A stretch of DNA of 64,000 nt from an uncultured Elusimicrobia bacterium (GCA_963702895.1 OY969767.1:2660540-2724539), one strand, 5' to 3'. Counted from the first letter of the stretch, positions 19,743 to 29,931 are shown. Notes: generated by a model from the sequence alone, not told the origin. A program made the numbers and translations.

Positions 19743-19831
19743 GGATGAATAGGAAAAATAAAGCATATGTCTTCGATAGACGCTAGGCCTATTTCCCTAT
19801 TTTCGATTCGCTCTTTGGTGTCTGCTCTTTT

Positions 19832-19913
19832 CTATGCGGAAACGGAGCCCTTGGCCCAGCGTCGCTTGAGCCAGACGGTGGCGTCGTCAAAGAGCGAGTA
19901 GGCGACCGGCGTG
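19832..19913 (-). pseudogene. Displaced duplicate of the RND permease 3' end
   Basis: 19850-19913 matches 23903-23966 at 63/64 nt; reads TPVAYSLFDDATVWLKRRWAKGSVSA*. Confidence 0.85.
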
Positions 19914-19918
19914 TCGTG

Positions 19919-20905
19919 TTACCATCGGAACCCCAGCGAAAACGAAGGCCCCCCCAGCCAGCGCCAACCCATCGAGGGAACCGATACAGGAGTCCCAAAC
20001 ACATCCCCGGAGTATCCGGGCTGCGTGAAGCCTAAGACGTTATACCCTACGGAAAGGGTAAATCCACGCGGCCAACCCAGCGTCAGCCCGGCTTCCCCCG
20101 TTAGACCCGGTTCCCATTTTGTCTCGGAACCAGGATCCCCCTCATAATGAAACCGGTAAGCGGCGGGGCCCACTTTCGCATAGGGGGTGATACCGTACCG
20201 GAAACGTTTTTCCAACCGAACCATGGGGGCGATATAGCCGAGGCTTCGGGTTAGGGTGTAGAAGGTCCAGTAAGAATATGAATCTTCTGCAACAAGATAG
20301 CCGGATGGTTCGACATCCACATCGTCACGGAAAAGCCGGCGTCCTTCCACCCCAACGGCCACATTCTGTGTCAGGTAGTAGACGAGAGAATGCGGCAACG
20401 TTATGCCCCCTCCTTCCACATAAGGGAAAAAGGATTCCTTGTTGTCCAGCGTTCGGTAAAGGGAAAGATTAAGCCACTCAAAAGCCCAGCGTGTCGGGGG
20501 CACCTGGTAAACAACACGCGGAGTGGACGTCTGCACTGCCGCCGTTTTGGCGCTTTCCGCCTCTAAGGTCTGCAGGTTTCCTTTGGCTTCGAGGTAGGCC
20601 GAACGCTGATCCGCGAAATCCTGCACCACACGCGTCCAGGCTGTTTTGGCTTGCTCGGTTTTCCCTAGCACTTCATAACAGATCCCAAGCCGGAGGTAGG
20701 TATTGCTCTGCACGCTTCGACTGGCGTCCGGCTGCTCCAACACTTGTTGGTAGAGCGCGATCGCCTTATCCAGATCGCGGGCGGTGGTTTCTTGCATAAC
20801 GGCTTCCTTGTAAAGCGTCTCAGCGCCGGGCGGCGTCTCGGCGGCGGCCGTCACGCCCGCTAGCGACAGAGCTAACAACATCGAAATGATGCCATGCCTG
20901 GTCAT
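19919..20905 (-). CDS. Exported TPR-domain protein with C-terminal beta-barrel-like domain
   Basis: Signal peptide; TPR (AIALYQQVL...YLRLGICYEVLG); PYAKVG; ends LGFRW; AGGAGG RBS. Confidence 0.75.
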   Translation of the reverse strand: MTRHGIISMLLALSLAGVTAAAETPPGAETLYKEAVMQETTARDLDKAIALYQQVLEQPDASRSVQSNTYLRLGICYEVLGKTEQAKTAWTRVVQDFADQRSAYLEAKGNLQTLEAESAKTAAVQTSTPRVVYQVPPTRWAFEWLNLSLYRTLDNKESFFPYVEGGGITLPHSLVYYLTQNVAVGVEGRRLFRDDVDVEPSGYLVAEDSYSYWTFYTLTRSLGYIAPMVRLEKRFRYGITPYAKVGPAAYRFHYEGDPGSETKWEPGLTGEAGLTLGWPRGFTLSVGYNVLGFTQPGYSGDVFGTPVSVPSMGWRWLGGPSFSLGFRW

Positions 20906-20973
20906 AAAGGGCCTCCTGGAACGAAGTGACGGCTGTCAGACACCAGGAGTTTAGCGGGATCCGCATGCGAGTG

Positions 20974-21021
20974 TGTCATCGGGATGAAAAAAGATGACAT
21001 CGACTTGTCAAAATTTGTGAA
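20974..21021 (-). promoter_or_regulatory. Five helically phased TnnCA boxes, putative OmpR-family binding array
   Basis: Minus strand TCACA, TGACA, TGTCA, TTTCA, TGACA spaced 10, 11, 10 and 11 nt. Confidence 0.5.
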
Positions 21022-21024
21022 CGA

Positions 21025-21705
21025 TTATTCCACGTACCGGTAGCCCCCGTTGTGAACCGTCATGATTTTCGGCCCTCGCCCGTCATCGGACCAACCCAAC
21101 TTGCGGCGCAAGGACCCGATTTGAGTGTCGACGGTTCGTGTGGTCGGAAGTTCCTCCACCTTCCAAACTTCCTTCAAAAAGCGCTCCCGGCTCACCACCT
21201 CGCCCTTATGTTCGATCAGGAACTGCAGGATTTGGAATTCCTTGGAGGTCAGATCGATCCGCGCTTTGCCGCGAAAGGCTTCTTGGCGATTGAAATCGAT
21301 CACCCACGGCGCGATCTCGTAACGGGACAACGTCTCGGAGTGACCTGTTCGCCTGAGCAGCGCTTTGATTCGCGCGAGTAATTCGAGGATGCTAAAGGGT
21401 TTGGTGAGGTAATCATCCGCGCCGACGTTCAGTCCCACCACTTTATCGGTATCCTGGGACTTGGCCGTGAGCATGAGGATCGGCGCCTTGTTCCCCTGAG
21501 CACGTAGCTCCCGGCACAGCTCATAACCATTCATTTTTGGAAGCATCACATCCAAGATCAAAAGGTCATAGAGACCTTGGGAGGCTTTCTCAAGGCCCAC
21601 CTCGCCATCGTGAGCAACGTCGATGTCATAACCCTCCAATTTCAGATTATTGACCAAGAGTGTGCACATCTTCAGGTCATCTTCGACCACCAGCAGGCGT
21701 TTCAT
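21025..21705 (-). CDS. OmpR/PhoB family response regulator
   Basis: LVVEDD, LDVMLP, GADDYLTKPF, LTSKEF, RTVDTQI. Confidence 0.96.
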   Translation of the reverse strand: MKRLLVVEDDLKMCTLLVNNLKLEGYDIDVAHDGEVGLEKASQGLYDLLILDVMLPKMNGYELCRELRAQGNKAPILMLTAKSQDTDKVVGLNVGADDYLTKPFSILELLARIKALLRRTGHSETLSRYEIAPWVIDFNRQEAFRGKARIDLTSKEFQILQFLIEHKGEVVSRERFLKEVWKVEELPTTRTVDTQIGSLRRKLGWSDDGRGPKIMTVHNGGYRYVE

Positions 21706-23807
21706 GGTATCTCCTTAAGTGGGAGCAGGACCGTAAAGACGCTCCCTTGAGCTTCGTGACGTCTGACCGACACCGTCCCCCCATGGGCTTCGACAATGTG
21801 GCGAACCATCGACAATCCCAAACCAACGCCTTGGGTATACTGATGGTCTGTCGCCGACTGGCCCCGAAAAAACCGCTCAAAAACAAGGCCCTTTTCCTCC
21901 TCGGGAATCCCGTATCCTTGGTCGGAAACCTCGAGCACACAGGCATCCTCGGTACGACGAAGGGAGATGTTGACGCGGGTGCGCTCGGGCGGCGAATACT
22001 TGATGGCATTGTCGACCAAATTCAGCACCACGCGCTCGAGCGCTTCGGGATCCACCCAGGCAGGAAAAGGCGCCTGGGCGCTTGAGAAGGTTGCTTCGAC
22101 CTTGCGTGGGGCACTGCTGCGGATACAGCGGTCCAACGCCGTGCGAACTACCGCGTCTAGATCGGTCGGCTTGGGATGGTAGGGTTTTCGGTTGTCCATG
22201 AGCCGCGAGAAATCCAGCACCTCGTCAATCAACCCTTTGAGCCGGGTCGTCTCCTCCGAGAGCATGCCATAGTAATTGTCCGCTTCCTCTGAGGATTGAT
22301 AGCGCTTGAGCTGCAAGGTTTGGCCCACGAGCGAAATAATCGAGAGCGGTGTTTTGAGCTCATGCGAGATGTTGGCCACAAAACCCGCCTTCAATTGGGC
22401 GACTTCCATTTCACGCCTCACGGCATACCAGACGGTGTAGAGCGCCACGACGATCACACTGGCTGCCAGCGCGACCATGGCCATGTAGATGCGCTGGCGT
22501 TGCGCTGCCGCGCGTTCCACCGGAAAATCGCGGACCTCCGAAAATTGAAGCATCAACCTCGGCAAGACGCCGTCCAGCGGTCGTTCCCAGACCCAACGCC
22601 CGGGAGCCTTTGGCGATGATTGGATCAGCGAGCGGCCCTTTTCGTTTTGAACTCGAAAATTGAGTTGTGAGGCGGACGCCAGCGGCTGCAGCGCGCGTTG
22701 CCACAAGGCCAGGAGTGAGTCCTGGGGGGCCAGCGCCACTAAGCTGAATCGCCTTTGCGCCGTCCCGGTGTCGATCAGCGGACTGTAAATCAAAAGCCGG
22801 TTGTTTTCGGTGGGGCAAAGAAGTGTCGGTTGATTGAGCCGATGCATCGATGCCAGCTGAGACCGCCAGCCGGTCCACAGCTGTCGCGTAAAATCCCGGA
22901 CTTTCTCAACCTCCGTTCGGCGCCGGCGCCAATCCTCGAGCACTTGTTCAGCCAGGCGCTTTGGATGGCCAGAGAGCACAGCCGCTCGGGTTTCGAGCCG
23001 TGCGGCAAGACGGTCTCCATAGAATTGCTCGGTTTGCCAGGGCAACACCCATCGTGGGGTGAGTAACGCTTGGAGGGTCTGTTGCTCAAGAGCCGCAGCC
23101 GCGGCCTCTCGGCGGGCGTTTTGGAGTGATTCGCTCAGCTGCCAGGCGATCGCCAGCCCGAAAGGATCGCCATTTTCGTTAAGTTCCTGGCCATAGTCAG
23201 CGATGATCTGACGGTAGATCGTCTGGGCGTGGTCTTCTTGATGCGCTTTGGATAAACAGCCTGCGATACGGGTGAGAAGCGTCGCTTTCCAGCGTGGGTC
23301 TTTGATCGATGCCGCCAGTGCTTGGTAACCCGCAAGCGCCTCTGGATAAGCCTTTCGTTGAAATTCCTCCGTCTGGGCCGCGCGCAGCTGCGCCAGGATG
23401 GGATCGGCGAGGTCCGGGAGCGCCGCATCCCTGACGGGCGGAAGATCGGTCATGGGGTAGCGAACCCGTTCCTGAGAATCAAGAAGGATGAGACGTTCGG
23501 CGTTTTGTTGGCGCTGCAAATCTCTCAAGAGAGAAAAATCGCTGGGCCCGAGCTCGCCGACGAACCGGGAGCGCTGTTGCATAAAATCGGCGTAAGGTTT
23601 TAAAACAGCCCGAATGGCCTCCTCCATATGCGATTGCATGGCACCAGATGCTTCCTGCATTCGTTCTTCCGCCTGCTTTCGCAGAAGAATGGTTTCCGCT
23701 CGAACGGAATGAATTCCCAAGTAGACGAGAAAGCCGGTCGGCACAATGATGCCGACCAGAAACAGAAGGACGACCTTGGCTAAAGGGGTTCGCCAAATTT
23801 TCATCAC
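21702..23807 (-). CDS. Sensor histidine kinase with large periplasmic TPR-like sensor
   Basis: Two TM helices; SHELKTPL, NLVDNAIKY, DQGYGI, FERFFR, GLGL. Confidence 0.95.
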   Translation of the reverse strand: MMKIWRTPLAKVVLLFLVGIIVPTGFLVYLGIHSVRAETILLRKQAEERMQEASGAMQSHMEEAIRAVLKPYADFMQQRSRFVGELGPSDFSLLRDLQRQQNAERLILLDSQERVRYPMTDLPPVRDAALPDLADPILAQLRAAQTEEFQRKAYPEALAGYQALAASIKDPRWKATLLTRIAGCLSKAHQEDHAQTIYRQIIADYGQELNENGDPFGLAIAWQLSESLQNARREAAAAALEQQTLQALLTPRWVLPWQTEQFYGDRLAARLETRAAVLSGHPKRLAEQVLEDWRRRRTEVEKVRDFTRQLWTGWRSQLASMHRLNQPTLLCPTENNRLLIYSPLIDTGTAQRRFSLVALAPQDSLLALWQRALQPLASASQLNFRVQNEKGRSLIQSSPKAPGRWVWERPLDGVLPRLMLQFSEVRDFPVERAAAQRQRIYMAMVALAASVIVVALYTVWYAVRREMEVAQLKAGFVANISHELKTPLSIISLVGQTLQLKRYQSSEEADNYYGMLSEETTRLKGLIDEVLDFSRLMDNRKPYHPKPTDLDAVVRTALDRCIRSSAPRKVEATFSSAQAPFPAWVDPEALERVVLNLVDNAIKYSPPERTRVNISLRRTEDACVLEVSDQGYGIPEEEKGLVFERFFRGQSATDHQYTQGVGLGLSMVRHIVEAHGGTVSVRRHEAQGSVFTVLLPLKEIP

Positions 23808-23899
23808 GAGCGTTTCTTCACTTTCCTGGACTTCCTGGAAACATTCTTAACAAACCGACAACGTTATCTCACACTGAATCCGAGCAAGCCAAAAAGGCG

Positions 23900-26800
23900 C
23901 TACTTGGCCCAGCGTCGCTTGAGCCAGACGGTGGCGTCGTCAAAGAGCGAGTAGGCCACCGGCGTGATGAGGAGCGTGATCAAGAGACAGAGCGTCTGCC
24001 CGCCGACGATCACGACCGCCATCGTCGCGCGGCTGGAGGCCCCGGGACCTTTGCCGAAGGCGACCGGGAGCATCGCGGCGACGAGGACCAAGGTCGTCAT
24101 CAGGATCGGGCGAAGCCGTGTTTCGTTCGCTTCAACAATCGCGGCATCCCGCGCCATGCCCTTGGCGCGCAGGGTGTTCGTGTAATCCACCTGCAGGATG
24201 GCGTTTTTCTTCACGATCCCGAAGAGCATGAAGAGCCCCATGATCGAATAGATCGTCAGGAACTGCCCCAGCACGAGGAGCGACAAGAGCGCAAACGGGA
24301 TCGACAGCGGCAAGGACAAAAGAATCGTGATGGGATGCAGCAAGCTCTCAAACTGCGAGGCCAGAATCATATACATAAAGATGAGCGACAGCACAAAAGC
24401 GATCAAAAATCCCGTAATCATCCGGCCGAATTCCTTTCCTTTGCCCACCAGGCTCGTTTGATAGTCCACCGGCATGCGCAAAGACTTGGCCGCCGCGTCG
24501 GCTTTGTCGATCGCGTCGCCCAGGCCAACGCCCTCCAGGCTCCCGGTGATCGTCACCTGCCGCTGGCGGTTCAAGCGATTGATCTGGGAGGGCCCTTTCG
24601 TTTCCACGAGGGTCGCCACATTGTCGAGGCGCACAAGCCCCGCCTTGGAAGAGGGCAGGTAGAGCGCGGCGATCGTCTCTGGCCGGTTGCGGTAGTTCGC
24701 GTCCACACGCAGGCGGACCTGGTAGAGATCGTCTCCTTCCTTATATTTGGTGATGTCCTCCTCGCCGCCCACCATGGTGCGAAGGGCCGTGCCGATATCC
24801 TCCACTTTCACGCCCAGATCCTGGGCCCGGTCGCGGTTGATATGGACCTGCAGCTCCGGTTTGGCGTAGGTGAGCGTCGTGTCCAAATCCACGATGCCGG
24901 GGGTTTTCTTCAGAGTTCCAATGATCGCGCTCGTATATTTCTGAAGCTGCTCAAGATCGGGACCTGACACCACGTAGACAAAATCGGACGCGCCGACAGC
25001 CGATCCGCCGCCGATGTCATTGACCTCGGTGACGCTTGTTCGCAGGCCGGAGTATTTGCCCAGGGCTTGGCGCGCCATGGCCATCACGTCAAACTGGTTC
25101 TCGGATCTCTCTTTCTGCGGAGTGAGCCGGACATAGATTTTGCCGTCATTAACATTCATGCCGTCGCCTTCACCGATCGTGGTCAAAAGACTTCGCACGT
25201 GTGGCAAGCGCCGGAGTTCCCGTTCGAGCTGTTTCATGATCTCATCGGTCGCCTGAAGAGAGGTGCCTTCGGGGGCCTTGATGTTCACATCGAACTCGCC
25301 CTGATCATCCGGCGGGAGAAAGTCCTTCCCAACGACCATGATCAAGGGGATGGTGGAGACCACGATGACGGCAGCGACGGCGACGACTGTTTTACGATGG
25401 GCGAGAGCCCAGACGACGAGCCGGCCGTAGCGCGTTCGCAGGAAGTCATTGAGCCGGTCCACCCAGACCGCCAGCTTCCCTTTCGGTCCGTGCGAGATGC
25501 GCAAGAAACGCGAACAGAGCATCGGCGTAAGCGAGAAGGCGATAAAGAGACTGACCATGATGGCAAAGGCCACGGTCAGGCCATAGCTCTTCATAAATCG
25601 GCCGACGATGCCGCCCATGTAGGCGAGCGGCAGGAAAATAATGACCAGCGACAAGGTCGTCGCCATGACCGCCAGCCCAATTTCCTGGGTCCCGGAGGAG
25701 GCCGCTTGCATGGCCGGGACCTTGTCTTCTTCCATGTGCCGGAAAATGTTTTCCAAAACAACAATGGCGTCATCAATGACGACGCCGACCGCCAGGGCGA
25801 GCGCAAGAAGCGTCATGATGTTGAGCGTAAAGTGGGCGATGTCCATCAGGATAAAGGTGGCGATGATGGACGTCGGGATCGAAATGGAGGCAATGAGCGT
25901 GCTCCGCAGATCCCCCATAAACATGAGGACGGCGAGGCTTGCGAGTATGGCTCCCAGAATCAGGTGCTCCTGGACCGTGCTCACCGAGGAGACGATAAAG
26001 TCGGACTGGTCGCGCACGACCTCGGCCTTGACGCCCGGCGGGAGCTGTGTTTGGAGTCCCACGAGTGCTTCTTTTACGGTGCGGATGACTTCGACCGTGT
26101 TCGTGCCGGACTGCTTCTGGACCGTCAAGCTCACGGTGGCATTGCCGTCCAGGCGCGCGAGCGTCCGGGGCTCCTGGAAGGTGTCTTCGACCCGCCCGAC
26201 ATCCCGCACGCGCACCGGGACCCCGCTCACATTGGTGATGATGACGCTCTCAAATTCTTTGGGATCCGTGAGCCGGCCGAGAGTGCGCAGCACGAGCTCC
26301 CGCCGCGCTTGGTCGACACGACCGCCCGGGATCTCGACGTTCTGCTGCTCGAGCGCCTCTTTGACCTGGTTGATCGTCAGGCGGTAGGCGGCCAGCTTCA
26401 GGGGATTGATGATGACGTGGATCTCACGTTCCCGGCCCCCGACAAGGCGGACCCTGCCGACCCCTTTGAGCGTTTCGAGCGGTTCCTTCACCTTCTTTTT
26501 GGCGATCTCGGTGATTTCGCGCAAGGGGAGCGTCCCGCGCACGGCGACGGAAACCACCGGGATCGATCCGGGGTCCAGCTTCTGGATGACCGGGGGATCG
26601 GTCCCCTGCGGGAGCTCGCGCAGGATCCGGCTGACATTGTCGCGGACTTCCTGGGCCGCCACGTCCGGATCCTTGTCGATATCAAAGCTGATCACCACCT
26701 GGCTTAAGCCCTCGAAGCTCGTGGAGTTCAAGTCCTCAATACCCGCGATCGTGTTGACGGCCTCTTCGATGGGTTTGGTGATCGAGGTCTCGATTTCCTC

Positions 26801-26968
26801 GACCCCGGCCCCTTTCAAGGTCGTGTTGATGACGACAAAGGGGAAGTCGACATTCGGGAAAAGGTCAACGCCCAAGCGGTGATAGGAAAAGAGGCCAAGA
26901 ACCACGAGCGCCATCACCATCATGAGGGCAAAGACCGGCCGCTTGATTGAGACGTCGGCGAGCTTCAT
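23900..26968 (-). CDS. RND efflux permease (AcrB/AcrD/AcrF family)
   Basis: SIKRPV, GVVIDDAIVVLEN, GIVKKNAILQVD, RLRPILMT. Confidence 0.96.
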   Translation of the reverse strand: MKLADVSIKRPVFALMMVMALVVLGLFSYHRLGVDLFPNVDFPFVVINTTLKGAGVEEIETSITKPIEEAVNTIAGIEDLNSTSFEGLSQVVISFDIDKDPDVAAQEVRDNVSRILRELPQGTDPPVIQKLDPGSIPVVSVAVRGTLPLREITEIAKKKVKEPLETLKGVGRVRLVGGREREIHVIINPLKLAAYRLTINQVKEALEQQNVEIPGGRVDQARRELVLRTLGRLTDPKEFESVIITNVSGVPVRVRDVGRVEDTFQEPRTLARLDGNATVSLTVQKQSGTNTVEVIRTVKEALVGLQTQLPPGVKAEVVRDQSDFIVSSVSTVQEHLILGAILASLAVLMFMGDLRSTLIASISIPTSIIATFILMDIAHFTLNIMTLLALALAVGVVIDDAIVVLENIFRHMEEDKVPAMQAASSGTQEIGLAVMATTLSLVIIFLPLAYMGGIVGRFMKSYGLTVAFAIMVSLFIAFSLTPMLCSRFLRISHGPKGKLAVWVDRLNDFLRTRYGRLVVWALAHRKTVVAVAAVIVVSTIPLIMVVGKDFLPPDDQGEFDVNIKAPEGTSLQATDEIMKQLERELRRLPHVRSLLTTIGEGDGMNVNDGKIYVRLTPQKERSENQFDVMAMARQALGKYSGLRTSVTEVNDIGGGSAVGASDFVYVVSGPDLEQLQKYTSAIIGTLKKTPGIVDLDTTLTYAKPELQVHINRDRAQDLGVKVEDIGTALRTMVGGEEDITKYKEGDDLYQVRLRVDANYRNRPETIAALYLPSSKAGLVRLDNVATLVETKGPSQINRLNRQRQVTITGSLEGVGLGDAIDKADAAAKSLRMPVDYQTSLVGKGKEFGRMITGFLIAFVLSLIFMYMILASQFESLLHPITILLSLPLSIPFALLSLLVLGQFLTIYSIMGLFMLFGIVKKNAILQVDYTNTLRAKGMARDAAIVEANETRLRPILMTTLVLVAAMLPVAFGKGPGASSRATMAVVIVGGQTLCLLITLLITPVAYSLFDDATVWLKRRWAK

Positions 26969-27990
26969 GGGGTGACTTCCACGGGGCTTTCGTCCTGGAT
27001 CCCGAAGAGGGTGGAGGTGATCACGGAAGCGCCTGCCGAGAGGCCGGAGGTGATTTCAGCCCACGATTCAGTCCGGAGCCCGACCGTGACGGCTTTCTTG
27101 AGGGCCTTATTGTTTTCGACGACAAAGACCGATGGCGGCGTCTCCTCGGTGAAGGCCGAAACCGGCACGATGAGAACTTGGCTTTTGCGGTCTTGGACAA
27201 GGATGAGTTTCGCAAACATCCCGGAACGCAGCTTCCCCGCATGTTCCGCGAGGCGCACTTCGATGGGCGCCGTGCGCGTCATGGGATCGACCGCCGGGCT
27301 CACCCGGGAGACTTTCCCGCGGAAACTTTCGTCAGGATAGGCGTCCACCTGAACCCGCACGTCCTGTCCGAGCGTGACGCGCCCGGCGTAGCGCTCCGGA
27401 ACATCCGCCTTGGCGATGAGCTCCCGGTCATCCATGACGAGCGCGATTGGGGTGTCCAAGGTGACGTTTGCCCCACGGTCGAGATAGATCCGCGCGACTA
27501 CCCCAGAGAGCGTCGAAGGAACCGGCGCCGGCTCATACTTCACGCCGACTTCGTCCTTCATCACAAGCGAGACCGCCTGGTCTTTGGCCACGCGCTGGCC
27601 TTCGCGCAGGAGGTTCTCTTGAAGTTTCCCGGGAATGCGGGAGTAGAGCATCGCTTCATCCCGCGCTTTGAGGGAGCCGACCAGCGTCAAGGTGTCTTCG
27701 ATCGTGCCGGTGGAGACCACCTGGACTCTGACCGGGAAGGCCTCCAGTCGCGGCGCCTCCTTGGGTTTGCTGCAGGCCGACAACAACACAGCAAATACAA
27801 TAACGACGAGCCGGAGATATTCTGTTGAAATTCGTTTGCTCACTAACGAGCCCGAGCTTCTTTGTGCCGTCATCCCGGCATGTCGTAAGCCGGGATCCAT
27901 CATGACTTTTACGTCAATGATAGACCCCGGCTGACGGCCGCCGGGGTGACGTCTTGACTGAAATGGTCTGGCTCGTCGGCGAGGGCTCAT
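26965..27990 (-). CDS. RND periplasmic adaptor (MFP) lipoprotein; start uncertain (ATG 27990 or GTG 27843)
   Basis: LSAC lipobox; VDAYPD, VSPAVDPMTRT, LRSGMFA, GLSAG. Short, apparently lacking the alpha-hairpin. Confidence 0.88.
   Translation of the reverse strand: MSPRRRARPFQSRRHPGGRQPGSIIDVKVMMDPGLRHAGMTAQRSSGSLVSKRISTEYLRLVVIVFAVLLSACSKPKEAPRLEAFPVRVQVVSTGTIEDTLTLVGSLKARDEAMLYSRIPGKLQENLLREGQRVAKDQAVSLVMKDEVGVKYEPAPVPSTLSGVVARIYLDRGANVTLDTPIALVMDDRELIAKADVPERYAGRVTLGQDVRVQVDAYPDESFRGKVSRVSPAVDPMTRTAPIEVRLAEHAGKLRSGMFAKLILVQDRKSQVLIVPVSAFTEETPPSVFVVENNKALKKAVTVGLRTESWAEITSGLSAGASVITSTLFGIQDESPVEVTP
27866..27951. repeat. GTCAYCCCGGC-type REP-like palindromic element, copy 1
   Basis: GCCGTCATCCCGGC..GCCGGGATCCA paired with TAGACCCCGGC..GCCGGGGTGAC. 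Confidence 0.8.
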
Positions 27991-29315
27991 GGTTTGTCTC
28001 CTGGGAGGGGCGAGCCGATCGCTCGTTCAAGAGCGGCCAGGCTCACCCAGTAATCATGCGCGGCCAGAATGTAGCGGGTCCGAATCTGGCTTAAGGATAT
28101 GGTGGCATCATTCAAATCAAGAAGGCTCGACTGTCCGGCTTTATACCGGATTTCGATGGATTTGAGAGCGCGCCGCGCCTCTTCAATGGCGGCTTCCTGG
28201 GAGCGGGACCGTTCCAGGGCTTCGGTGATCGCCAGCCACTGACGGCGAACGTCGATGCGGACGGCGCGTTCGATCTGGGCCTCTCTTTCCTGAGCGCGCC
28301 CCAAGTCCACCTGGGCCTGCCGAACACGTTCCAGCCGATCGCCTCCGGTGAAGATCGGGTAATGGAGCCGCAGCCCGGCGATAAGGTCCCAGGCCTTTTG
28401 CTCGGTCGTCGGCGCAAAGCTATTGGACTGGGCGAGCCAATCGTAGCGCCCAAAAAGCGACAAATGCGGGATCATGTCCGCTTGGTTGATATCGATCACA
28501 TGCGCGTAGACTTGTGTGGTTTCACGGGCGGCTTTGAGCCCGGGATGGTTGGCGAGCGCCATCTGCGCAACGGTCTCATAGGAAGGAGCGGCGTTTCGCG
28601 GGGGAGCGAGGGACCCGATCAAGAAGATCGGTCGGTCCACATCCAGCGTCAAGGCGTCCTGGAGACTCAAGAGATCCATTTCGTAGAGATTACGCACGCG
28701 AATCGAGGTGGCTTTGGCGCCAGCCACCTCCACTTGCTGGCGCTCCACCGTGAGATCGCTGTCGAGACCCTGGCGATAGCGCTGCTGGATGGTGGCCAAA
28801 TGCTCCTGTGTGGAGGCCAGATTATCCTGGGCAATACCGGCGGTGGCGCTCGAAAGAAGAGCGTTATAGAAGAGATTCTTAACCGTAAAGAGAACATCAT
28901 CTTCTGAGCTCTGGACGCGGCTCTTCTGGGCGGTGAGCGCATGCCGCGCGGCCCGGATGCTGGTCAAGACTTTGCCGCCTGTATAGAGAGGCTGTTCGCC
29001 GACGACCGAGACGTCAAAGGCGTTATCGATGCCGGTTTCAATTTTGCCGCCGGAGAAGAACGCTTTGGGGCGCTCGAAATTGTGGGCGTAGCCGGCGGAC
29101 GCCTGAATGTTCGGCATCGCTTCGCCAAGGGTCTGCCGGTAGCGACTCTGAAATTCCTGGAGATCGTAACGCGCCAGGGCGAGGTCCACGTTCTTTTCGC
29201 GGGCCAGGCGCAGGGCGTCCTCCAGCGTGAGCCGAAGCGGCTCCAGAGCCGGGGCGCCGGCCAGAGCCGGAGACAGGAGCGTCAAGGCCACAAGCAAGGG
29301 AGCGCTTCGACTCAT
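27987..29315 (-). CDS. TolC family outer-membrane efflux protein
   Basis: LTLEDAL, QPLYTGG, PIFTGG, RYKAG..SLLDL; ATGA-coupled to tetR. Confidence 0.92.
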   Translation of the reverse strand: MSRSAPLLVALTLLSPALAGAPALEPLRLTLEDALRLAREKNVDLALARYDLQEFQSRYRQTLGEAMPNIQASAGYAHNFERPKAFFSGGKIETGIDNAFDVSVVGEQPLYTGGKVLTSIRAARHALTAQKSRVQSSEDDVLFTVKNLFYNALLSSATAGIAQDNLASTQEHLATIQQRYRQGLDSDLTVERQQVEVAGAKATSIRVRNLYEMDLLSLQDALTLDVDRPIFLIGSLAPPRNAAPSYETVAQMALANHPGLKAARETTQVYAHVIDINQADMIPHLSLFGRYDWLAQSNSFAPTTEQKAWDLIAGLRLHYPIFTGGDRLERVRQAQVDLGRAQEREAQIERAVRIDVRRQWLAITEALERSRSQEAAIEEARRALKSIEIRYKAGQSSLLDLNDATISLSQIRTRYILAAHDYWVSLAALERAIGSPLPGDKP

Positions 29316-29911
29316 CGCGGCCGGCGCCCCCATCCGTTCACAAAGAGGTCGACGATTTCCGCGGAATAGCTCTCGATCGGCCGGGGAAGCTCGCCGTGGA
29401 TGTATTTCCGGGAGAAGTAGGATCGCAGAAGATCCATGTAGATGAACGCAACGGCCCGGGGGTCCCGCTTTTGCAGGTAGCCCTCCCGCATCGCGGACTT
29501 GAAAATGGCCGAGAGGGTGTGGAGTACCCGGCCATAGGATTCCATGATCGCTCGCGAGTGGGGGCTGGAGAGGAGCTGCTCCGGCACGAATTGATAGACG
29601 AATTCCCGGTGTTGCTCGCCGAACTCAAAGAGGGCCCGGGTCAGATGGATGAGCCTCATGCGCGGATCGGCGTGAGGGTGGGCGGCGGTGATCCGGGCGT
29701 GAAGGTCAGCGGTGGTGCCGAGGGTCACGGCCGCAAAAAGCTGGTCCTTGTCCTTGAAGTAGAGGTAGAGAAGCCCCTTGGAGATGCCGGCCACACGGGC
29801 GATGTCGTCCATGGAGAGGTCACGAAAATGTTTCTTCGTGAGCGCCTTCTGGGCGGCGGCCAGGATCTGCTCGCGTCGGACTTGAGGGTCATCAATTCGT
29901 TTTCGGGCCAT
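29312..29911 (-). CDS. TetR/AcrR family transcriptional regulator
   Basis: RREQILAAA...MDDIARVAGISKGLLYLYFKDK. Confidence 0.95.
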   Translation of the reverse strand: MARKRIDDPQVRREQILAAAQKALTKKHFRDLSMDDIARVAGISKGLLYLYFKDKDQLFAAVTLGTTADLHARITAAHPHADPRMRLIHLTRALFEFGEQHREFVYQFVPEQLLSSPHSRAIMESYGRVLHTLSAIFKSAMREGYLQKRDPRAVAFIYMDLLRSYFSRKYIHGELPRPIESYSAEIVDLFVNGWGRRPR

Positions 29912-29931
29912 GGGTTCCTTTTCGGGAATTC

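Noticed and set aside
25067..26707. Long antisense ORFs (also 13922-14812, 43145-44284, 53537-54598, 55592-56941)
   Set aside because: Shadow frames of well-supported GC-rich genes on the opposite strand.
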